Source: Pontiella sp.
GTDB lineage: Bacteria; Verrucomicrobiota; Kiritimatiellia; Kiritimatiellales; Pontiellaceae
DNA: 64,000 nucleotides
Assembly (NCBI GenBank): GCA_050304335.1
Contig: JBNLDM010000117.1
Location: 44,256 to 108,255, forward strand
Direction of reading: 5' to 3'
Below the pieces are notes generated by a model. That model saw only the letters and a program-made list of their open reading frames with translations, had not been told where the DNA came from and searched no databases. Within the stretch, counting starts at the first letter, position 1. Each line of letters opens with the position of its first letter. This document shows positions 55,921 through 64,000 of this stretch, in pieces. Made by a program: the position numbers and the translations under genes.

Positions 55921-58185
55921 TCATCGCACGGCATAGGCTGTATTGGTGCTGGATCGGTTGATCCATCGTTTGATTAGCAGCTGCGGGTAGGAAGGCGTGA
56001 AGTTGTATGATGCCGCGAGCTGGATCAACGGTTGCAGGTTCTGGAACCTGTAGTTCAAGACAACGCAGAGTATGGCCTTTTCCGGGGCGGGGATATCCAG
56101 GTCGGTGATGGCGGCCTCGCTGACCGCTACCTCACCGCGGATCATGCGTGTGAGCACGTAATAGCAATAGATGCTTGTGTCGGCCTCGGCAATGCCCTTT
56201 TCCAGGTTGCGTTGAGCGATCTCCGGCTGGTTCTGGTTCACGGCGGCACAATAGAGGACCAGATGTTCCCAGTAGGGGTGGTCTTCCTTTTGCGAAATCA
56301 ACTCGTCAGCTTCCTCGATCCGGTTGTATTGCAGGAGGGTTTCCATCCGGGAGTGCGGATTCTTCGCATCGGCCATGCAGTCCAGATAGTCGTTGATGTT
56401 TCCGACTGCGTAGTATCGTGCGGCATTGAGTCGGGGCAGATCCCTGGGCCAGATGCCTCCTAGTTCCACTATTTTGGCGGCGGCTTCGCGGTGGAACCCG
56501 GCGCACGTGAGATAGCGTACGGTCTTCTCGGCCTGATCGATCGATGCGGTGTCGCTGCCGGATGCAATGGTGTTGGCAAGGAGGGTGTCGTAATCCCGCA
56601 GTGCGAGCAGGATGTTGTCATTCAGCTCGCGGTAACCGGCATCGCCTGGGGCCTGCTCAATGGCTCTTAGCGAATAGGGCAGGGCCTGCTTGAACCGGCC
56701 GCGTACGTAGAGATCCTGTGCGATGGCTTGAAAACCCAGCCCCCCCATGCCATTCATTTTATCCGCATGTTCAAGCAGGCTGTAGGCGGCTTCACGGTTC
56801 TGAACAACGAGTCCCAACAGATAGTAACAGGCAGGATCATCGGAATGATCCTTGCACCGCAACGTGTATTCCCGAGCCAGATCGTGTTCCGGATGATGGA
56901 TGCGCATGTAATTTTGATAATAGAGATGCCACGGTAATAGAACCGGCGACGAAGCCAAGCCGTTCCGCAGGAATGACAGGACATCGGCATCCTCTGCCCC
57001 CTTCAGTGCGGTTTTAAGGAGGTCGCCCGCTTCCATCGAGTCCGGACTCATCAACAATGCCTGCCGGGCATATCCAGTGGCTGCTTCCGGCAGATCCAAT
57101 TGCGACAGAAGCTGCACCATGGCCAGATGGGATTCGGGGCGGTAGAGGGAGATAGACGCCGTGCGGGGTATATGCCCGGAAATTCGCCGGAGCCCATGCT
57201 GCGGACTGGCGAGTCCCGGAAAAATGCGGATCTGGCCCGACGAGGAATAGATCGTTGGCGAGTTCCGGGCGTTGTCAGAGTCTTCCGCCAGCGCCAGCAG
57301 GGCCATACCATCGGGATTGATCACGAGCAGGTGTTTTTCCAGCCATTGTTTGATGAAAGGTACCGAATAGTCGAATCGACACAAAGGCAGGCCATCGGTG
57401 GCAATTTCATGTGCGCCGAGTCGAAGTGTGATCTGCCGTGTGGTGCCCGGGGCCAGTTCATAGGGTTTGTTGTCGAGCGTAAATGTATAGGTCTGGAGTG
57501 ACCCGTTCACGATCCATGCCTTGTGGGTGCGCAGGGAGGAAACACACATCATGACGAGGATGATGGCGGTCGAGACTGCGAAGGTGATCATTGGGACGTA
57601 GGCCCGGAGGACCGATTCAGCCTGCACCTTGAGGGTTTCCATATCGCCGGAACCCTCGGAGGCTTGTATCAGCGTCTCGCAATAGGCGAGCAGCTCCTCC
57701 GCCTGTTTTCCGGCTCCCAGTACAATCGCCTTGCGGCAATAGATGCCGGCCTCGTGGTAATGGCCGAAGCGGAGCAGACCCTGGGCGATCAGGTATTGGA
57801 TCTGCATGTTGGTTTCGAAACGGAGCCCGTACGATTTCCGCACATCATGAAACCATGGTTCCATGTCGTATATCATCAGGGTGTGCAGGGCATTGGCGCA
57901 GTTCTCCGGATTGTCGGCTTCAGCGGCAAAGCCTTCCATCATGAGGGCCAGGTTGTGATCGCGCTCCTTTTCATACTTTCGCGCGGAGGTTTCCGCCCGG
58001 TTGCCGCACTGTGGACAATCGTCGACCATGCGAAACCTGCCAAGCGGTACAAGCGGGATATTTAGCATTTTTGCGAAGCGAGTCGTGGTATAGCTGCTAA
58101 GGATCGTCAACCTTCGACAGGCCTCGCATCGGCAAAAGTGAGTCGCTACATGCGATTTCCCGATATATTCCGTGTCAAAAAGCAT
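55921..58185 (-). CDS. Membrane protein with an N-terminal zinc ribbon and TPR-like helical regions
   Basis: CEAC...IPLVP....CPQC zinc-ribbon pattern, one central TM helix, Ala/Leu/Tyr-rich helical repeats. Confidence 0.7.
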   Translation of the reverse strand: MLFDTEYIGKSHVATHFCRCEACRRLTILSSYTTTRFAKMLNIPLVPLGRFRMVDDCPQCGNRAETSARKYEKERDHNLALMMEGFAAEADNPENCANALHTLMIYDMEPWFHDVRKSYGLRFETNMQIQYLIAQGLLRFGHYHEAGIYCRKAIVLGAGKQAEELLAYCETLIQASEGSGDMETLKVQAESVLRAYVPMITFAVSTAIILVMMCVSSLRTHKAWIVNGSLQTYTFTLDNKPYELAPGTTRQITLRLGAHEIATDGLPLCRFDYSVPFIKQWLEKHLLVINPDGMALLALAEDSDNARNSPTIYSSSGQIRIFPGLASPQHGLRRISGHIPRTASISLYRPESHLAMVQLLSQLDLPEAATGYARQALLMSPDSMEAGDLLKTALKGAEDADVLSFLRNGLASSPVLLPWHLYYQNYMRIHHPEHDLAREYTLRCKDHSDDPACYYLLGLVVQNREAAYSLLEHADKMNGMGGLGFQAIAQDLYVRGRFKQALPYSLRAIEQAPGDAGYRELNDNILLALRDYDTLLANTIASGSDTASIDQAEKTVRYLTCAGFHREAAAKIVELGGIWPRDLPRLNAARYYAVGNINDYLDCMADAKNPHSRMETLLQYNRIEEADELISQKEDHPYWEHLVLYCAAVNQNQPEIAQRNLEKGIAEADTSIYCYYVLTRMIRGEVAVSEAAITDLDIPAPEKAILCVVLNYRFQNLQPLIQLAASYNFTPSYPQLLIKRWINRSSTNTAYAVR

Positions 58186-58372
58186 GGCATCCCCGCTTCG
58201 GTAGCAATACTTGCTACCATGGAAAAGAAAACGAAATGAACGCAGGAGCAATTTGCGTACTAGAACGCCGTATTTTCGGCGGAGCGCATGAATTAGTATT
58301 TCATGCAAATAAACCAGCGGCGCATTGGCCGGTGATAGATATCGAATGCCGGGCCGGGCTGGTGGAACGAGG

Positions 58373-59131
58373 CTATTTCTTTTTGTCCTTTACGAAGACG
58401 GTCTGTACGGAGCCGTTTCGCCGTCTGTCGATATCGAACAGGCCGGTGGCCTCGAAGAGCAGGGTGAAGGTCCGGTAGCCATAGCTGCGCGGATCGAAGT
58501 CCGGATACTGGCGTTTGATCAGGCTGCCGCAGGCGGAAAGCAGGGCCCAGCCGTCCTCGTCGGCATACTCGTCGACGGCACTGCGCAGCGTATTGACCAG
58601 CTTGGAGTCCTGGCAGAGCTCTTTCTTCGTTTTTTTGGCCGGTTTCTTTTCCGAGCCTTTTGAAGCAGGGCTCTCTTCCTCTTCTTCCATCTGCAGTACT
58701 TCCGTCAGAATAAAATCGTCGCAGGCATTTCTGAATGCGGCGGGCGTCTTGTTTTCGCCGACCCCGAAGACATAGATTTGCGATTCCTTGAGCCGGGAGG
58801 CGAGCTTGGTGAAGTCACTGTCGCTGGTAACCAGTGCAAAGGCGTCAAACTGCTGAGTATAGAGCAGGTCCATGGCATCGATGATCATGGCGGCATCGGA
58901 GGAATTCTTGCCCTGGGTGTAGGAAAACTGCTGGACGGGATTAATCGCCAGCTCGTTGAGCGGCAGTTTCCAGTTCTTGAGATGGTTGCTGCTCCAGTCG
59001 CCGTAGGCTTTCTTGACGATAATATGACCATGCTTGGACAGTTCATTGAGGACGGCGGCCATCACGCTGTGCTGGGCGTTCTCGGCGTCGATCAAAACAG
59101 CGATCTTGTTGGCAGCTTCAATATCTTTCAT
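58373..59131 (-). CDS. NYN-domain protein with C-terminal OST-HTH/LOTUS domain
   Basis: IAVLIDAEN, AYGDW, GKNSSD..MIIDAMD, TSDSDF and FDPRSYG motifs. Confidence 0.92.
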   Translation of the reverse strand: MKDIEAANKIAVLIDAENAQHSVMAAVLNELSKHGHIIVKKAYGDWSSNHLKNWKLPLNELAINPVQQFSYTQGKNSSDAAMIIDAMDLLYTQQFDAFALVTSDSDFTKLASRLKESQIYVFGVGENKTPAAFRNACDDFILTEVLQMEEEEESPASKGSEKKPAKKTKKELCQDSKLVNTLRSAVDEYADEDGWALLSACGSLIKRQYPDFDPRSYGYRTFTLLFEATGLFDIDRRRNGSVQTVFVKDKKK

Positions 59132-59254
59132 GTGCACCCCGTTTTCTTTTATAGTGTGGAACCTACCGGTTAATTAAGGTTACGGCAAGCACCGCGGATT
59201 GCATGATGGCCGGAAAAGTGGGATAAACCGAATATGCACAGGAAGGATTCGGGT

Positions 59255-60340
59255 ATGGCTAAAGATCTGTTTGTCGAGTGGGGTTTCCCGCAGCAGGAGG
59301 TGTTTCTGGTGGCGGGGCCGTGCAGCGCCGAAAGTGAGGAGCAGGTCATGCAGACCGCTCGGGCGCTGGCCGGACACGGTATCGGTTTTTTCAGGGCGGG
59401 TATCTGGAAGCCCCGCACGCGTCCCGGCACATTCGAGGGAGTTGGGTTAAAAGGTCTCGCATGGCTGGATCGTGTCCGCCGGGAGACGGGCATGAAGGTC
59501 GGAACCGAAATTGCGGATGTTTCCCATGTGGATGCCTGCCTCGAATACGGCCTCGATGTGCTGTGGATCGGGGCGCGCACCACTACCAATCCCTTTTCCG
59601 TGCAGGCGATTGCGGATGCATTGCGCGGAACGGATGTGCCGGTGTTTGTTAAGAATCCCATGAGCGAGGATGTCGGTCTGTGGATCGGCGCCCTGGAGCG
59701 CCTGGCGAATGCGGGGGTGTCCAGGCTGGGCGCTATTCACCGGGGGGTCGGATCGCCCCTGGAGATGCGCTACCGAAACGGGCCGGCGTGGAAGATGCCG
59801 ATCGAGCTGATGCGCAGGATGCCTGAGCTGCCGGTGCTGTGCGACCCCAGCCATATCTGCGGCCGGGCCGATCTGATCGCGGCCATTGCCCAGGAAGCCA
59901 TGGATCTGCTCTTCGACGGATTGATGGTGGAAGTCCACTGCGATCCGCCGAACGCGCTTTCCGATGCCGCGCAGCAGCTGACGCCGGAAAGTTTTTTAGA
60001 CATGGTGTCGCATCTGAAGCGGCCCTGTGCGGAAGGCGGCAGGCCGGAATATCAAAAACGTATGAGCGAACTGCGCGAACAGGTCGACCGGTTGGATGGT
60101 CATCTGCTGGAGGTGCTCGATCAGCGTATGGAGGTGGTTCGCGAAATGGGGCGCTTGAAAATGGAGGAAAACATTTCCACCCTGCAGCCCGGGCGCTGGC
60201 AATCCATTCTCGATGATCGTGTCCGGAAGGGGGCGGCGCTCGGTTTTCCGGACGAGTTTGTAGAATCCATGATGCAGCTCATCCATGAGGAGGCCATCCG
60301 GCAGCAGGAGGATCGCCGGATTGGCGGGGAGGGGAAGTGA
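59255..60340 (+). CDS. Bifunctional DAHP synthase (I-beta)/C-terminal chorismate mutase
   Basis: AGPCSAES, RAGIWKPRT.P, WIGAR, KNP, HRG and DPSH motifs; C-terminal LR..VD.LD..L...L..R. Confidence 0.9.
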   Translation: MAKDLFVEWGFPQQEVFLVAGPCSAESEEQVMQTARALAGHGIGFFRAGIWKPRTRPGTFEGVGLKGLAWLDRVRRETGMKVGTEIADVSHVDACLEYGLDVLWIGARTTTNPFSVQAIADALRGTDVPVFVKNPMSEDVGLWIGALERLANAGVSRLGAIHRGVGSPLEMRYRNGPAWKMPIELMRRMPELPVLCDPSHICGRADLIAAIAQEAMDLLFDGLMVEVHCDPPNALSDAAQQLTPESFLDMVSHLKRPCAEGGRPEYQKRMSELREQVDRLDGHLLEVLDQRMEVVREMGRLKMEENISTLQPGRWQSILDDRVRKGAALGFPDEFVESMMQLIHEEAIRQQEDRRIGGEGK

Positions 60341-60662
60341 GGCATACGACCGCATGCCGGGGCCTGCAATCGCCGCCGGATTGCGGGTTTGAAGATCAGT
60401 CTGCTTAGGTTTTTGCCTCAATTCGATCTTTCAATATCCTGTCTGTCCTTCTATAAATTGAAGTGGTCGGTGGTCCAGTTGTTGGCGCGCCTGCGGGTTG
60501 CCTCTCCCGGCGGTCGCAAGGCATGTTGCGGTGTGGGCGGGTAGGCAGGACTCGCCGAAAAGAATTAATGATTGACGGAGATGGTGATTTCAGGCATCTG
60601 TGTAGCCCAACTATGTCACACGATGTGCACGGGGGAATAGGCTATACAGCTTTAGGGACGAG

Positions 60663-63600
60663 TTGAAGATGTTGACAAATAAAACAAGCCGTTTTGCGGC
60701 GATCCGAACTTTCATGCTGGTATTTAGCGTCCTTTTTGGACTGGCCGGCAGTTGTATTGCCCAGCAGCAATCCGATGAACTGACAGCCCCTGAAATGCTT
60801 GCCAAGGCGCGCGAGTTCCTGCGCGCAAAAAACTACGACGAAGCCATCGACTACATGATGCAGTATCTCGATGCCATCGAAGGCTCAAACCTGCGCCGTG
60901 TACTGATCGTCGCCCAGGATACCCGTTACAAGCTCGCCACCATCCTGATCTCGCAGGACCGCAAGGAGGAGGCCATCCCGGTGCTGGAGAAGTACGTTTC
61001 GCTGCTGCCGGCGAAGCATGTCCGCAAAGCCAGGAAAATGCTGGTTGCCTGTTATTTCGACGTGGAAAAGTACAAGGAGTGTATCCCCGCCGTAACCAAT
61101 GCCCTGTACTACAACGAGCGCCCGCTCGTCTACACTCAGGAGCGGCGGTCTGCCATGGACCGCGAGGTTGAAAGCACGTTCCTGGAGGAAGGCGAGGAGG
61201 AGGAGCCCGATCTTCCCTATTCCATGGAAGAACTCGTGATGCTGCAGTTCACCATGGGGGAGTGCTACTACAACCTCGGGATTAACTCGAACGATGATGC
61301 GGAGAAGGAAACCTACCTCAACAACTGCATGGAGCCGTTCACGTTCGTGGTCGACAATACGGAAAACCAGCAGCGCAAGGGTTATTCGATCATGTAGATG
61401 ATCAATGCCTTGAACGAGCTCCAGAACTATGAGCGGCTGATCCAGTGGGTGCCGGAGCTGTACAAGACACCGGCCCGTTTCGATGTCCGGGTGAACATCG
61501 CGCTGCTGCGGGTGGCCGCGGCCTTGTTCGAAGCCGGGGAATACGACAGTGCCCTTCCGCTTTACCGCATGATTCTTCCGCGCGATGAACTGATTGAATA
61601 CCAGGAGAAGCGGATCAAGGAACTGCGCGTTGAGGCCGGTCTGCCAGAGGAATTCGGCGAAGCACTGACGGCCGACGAGGCACTCCTGTTCGGTGAAGAG
61701 GATGCCGAACGCTCCATGGATGAATCCGAATCGGTCAATACGCTGGCCGCCGGTGTGCGGGTTGCCAAGGATGAGGAGAAGGAAGAGGAAGTGAAGCAGC
61801 CCGAGGAGGTTGCCGAGCTGGAAATGCTGCTTGATACGCTCAAGTCCATGGAGCCCTACGAAAACTACGTTGCGTTCCAGATGGCCCAGCTCTACAAGAA
61901 CGTGGAGCGCTATTGGGAAGCCATCGAATTCTACGACAAAGTATACGGTACGGAGGGTTCGGGCGAGCTGGGTGAACGCTCGATGTATGAATCCGTCGCA
62001 CTCTTGATGAACCAGCTTGCGCGGCGTCAGGATGCGGAAGGGCGTGCCGTCACGTTCCTCGAAAGCCACCATGCCGGCGTATATCCCCGTCTGGTGGCCT
62101 ACGTGCTCACGAGCTACTATCAGCGCCACAAGCTGTGGCAGGCAATCAAGGATATTCGTCCCTATGTAGAACAGATCGAGGACTCCGACGAAGTACTGCT
62201 GGTCAAATACGACACGGAGCTCTACTTCATGCAGGGCGTCGCGGAGCTCATGCTGCAGCAGTACAGCAATGCCGTGGAGCGCTTCGAGCTGGTCATGGAC
62301 AAGTATCCCGGAACCGACCAGGAAGCCAACAGCCTCTTCTGGTGTGGATTCTCGTTCCTCTGTCTTGATGATCACCAAAAGGCGTACGAGTGCTTTGAAC
62401 GGTACACGGTCGACTTCGCGAATCTGGATCCTGAAAAGTCGATGCTGGACGAAGCCTATTATCAGGGAGGCATCTGCCTGTTCGGGATGGACCGTCTGGA
62501 TGAGGCCAAGGATCGGTTCTCCTACGTCATCGATACCTATGGAACCAACTCCTCGGTGTACCCCGATTCGTGCAACATGCGGGGCGACATTCTCGGCTCG
62601 CTGGGCGGCACCAACCTGGACCTGGCCGTTCAGGACTACAAGAACGCCTTCAAGAATGCGACCAAGGCAACCCAGGCGACATACGCCACATTCAAGATGT
62701 GTGACATCTTCAAGGCGGACGAACAGTTCTACGGTCTGGATTACATTATCGAGGCTGTGAACATGTACCTCGCCAAGTGGGGAGACAATGGCGCCGACAT
62801 CGCCAAGGCGCTGTTCTGGCTCGGTCGTACGGAGATTCAGCGGGGTCGTTACCTCTCGGCGGCCGAGAGCTACATGCAGGCGGTTATCGATTATGGCGGC
62901 GACCTGCGCCAGGACGGCGTCGATATGATGATTCCCGAACTGGTCAAGATATGCACGGTGTTCCTGGACGAGGAGCAGCGGGATAACATTAAGAACCGTC
63001 TGCGTATCGCCATGGAAAGCACCGACAGTGAAGTTCTCAGGCTCCGCCTGCGGGTTACCCTCGCAAAGTTCGACCACAGCGAAGTCGAGTTGGGTAAGGA
63101 GCTGATCAAGGAACTGCCCAATCTGGAGAATGCTTCACCGCCGGTGCTGGCAGCCATCTGCGAAGCCTCGTTTGAGTTGCAGGACTATTCACGGGCTGCC
63201 GATCTGCTGCGTATATTCAAGTACAAGTTCGAGGACTCTGATTACATGCGTGCCGCCTACAAGCTGCGCGCCTCCGGACAGCTCTACAACAATGACCTCG
63301 AAGGTGCCCTGGAGACCATCATCGCCGCGCAGGAAGAATACGGGACGGATCGTACCGTTTCCTGGGCGCAGCTGATGAAGGCCCAGGTGCTGCTTGAGCT
63401 GGGAAGACTGAAGGAAGCGCGCGAAGAAAACCTGAATGTCATGAGTGTTCCTGAATGGCGGGGCGAACCGTTTGCCCAGGCAACCTACCAGCTGGGCCAG
63501 GTCGAAGAGGCGGCCGGCAACCTGCTCAATGCGCACGGCTATTATCAGCGCGCCTATTTCCAGTACAAGGGACTTGCCGACTGGTGCCCCAAAGGCTATC

Positions 63601-63908
63601 TGGCGGCGGCAAACGTATTAAAGAAACTTTCGGAAGACACGAGTCTGGATGCCGACAAGCGGGCCGAGTATGAAGAAGCCCGGGTGAGCACGCTGAAAGC
63701 CATGCTGCTTGACAAGTACGCCAATCAAACGCCCTATGCGGATGAGGCGAGGAAGATCCTCGGGCCGACCGCGGTGGCCGATGTGGAAGCCATTCTCGCG
63801 TCCGGCGTCGAGACCAACATTGAAGTAATTGTGGAAACCAGGCAGACGGAAACCGAAGCGGCTGAGCCGTCGGCGATTAAAGATACGGCTGCGGAGGGGA
63901 ATGCATAA
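60663..63908 (+). pseudogene. Large exported TPR-repeat protein interrupted by one in-frame TAG at 61395-61397 (split gene, readthrough or base error)
   Basis: ORFs 60663-61397 (with signal peptide) and 61398-63908 are in the same frame, joined by ATG-TAG-ATG; helical TPR-like sequence on both sides. Confidence 0.7.
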
Positions 63909-64000
63909 TGAATAGGATACTGGCAACGTTGTTCGTTATGCTGTCTGCCGTGCTGATGGTGCACGGGCAGGAGCAGTCCGGCATTCCCGCCAAGCTTACT
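63908..64000 (+). CDS. Start of an exported protein (runs off the right edge)
   Basis: TAATG overlap with the TPR gene; MNRILATLFVMLSAVLMVHG-QEQ signal peptide. Confidence 0.65.
   Translation, partial: MNRILATLFVMLSAVLMVHGQEQSGIPAKLT

Noticed and set aside
1-64000. CRISPR array, prophage or autonomous transposon
   Set aside because: No regularly spaced identical direct repeats and no cas, phage, integrase or transposase ORFs

Overview
A GC-rich bacterial chromosomal window. Gene content and protein style suggest Kiritimatiellales/Pontiella-like PVC bacteria (inference, not a database result). It is mostly housekeeping: mfd (partial), pyrB-argF, queE/C/D/F/G, kdsAB, uppS-cdsA-rseP, purA, rbfA-truB-ribF, birA with the oadGAB Na+-pumping decarboxylase, dapF-folK-panBC, tRNA-Cys, gcvH-lipB, surE, rsmE, a hoxFUYHW NAD-reducing [NiFe] hydrogenase, kdgK-eda and a DAHP synthase/chorismate mutase. 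There are three tandem paralogue pairs (CPA2-PTS EIIA fusions, DUF4139/4140 proteins, secreted NIDO-like proteins) and a small accessory islet at 23.3-26.3 kb. No CRISPR array, rRNA, integrase or transposase was seen. The most notable signals are: (1) many intergenic gaps hold short structured elements (8-10-bp-period mirror repeats, 7-bp-period repeats, REP doublets, one MITE), some nested, several supplying stop codons and one apparently translated in frame; (2) two CPA2-EIIA transporters that both appear to lack the canonical ion-binding Asp; (3) an in-frame amber codon splitting a large exported TPR gene; (4) an OTCase with the signatures I recall from Giardia-type catabolic OTC. Start codons were chosen by eye.
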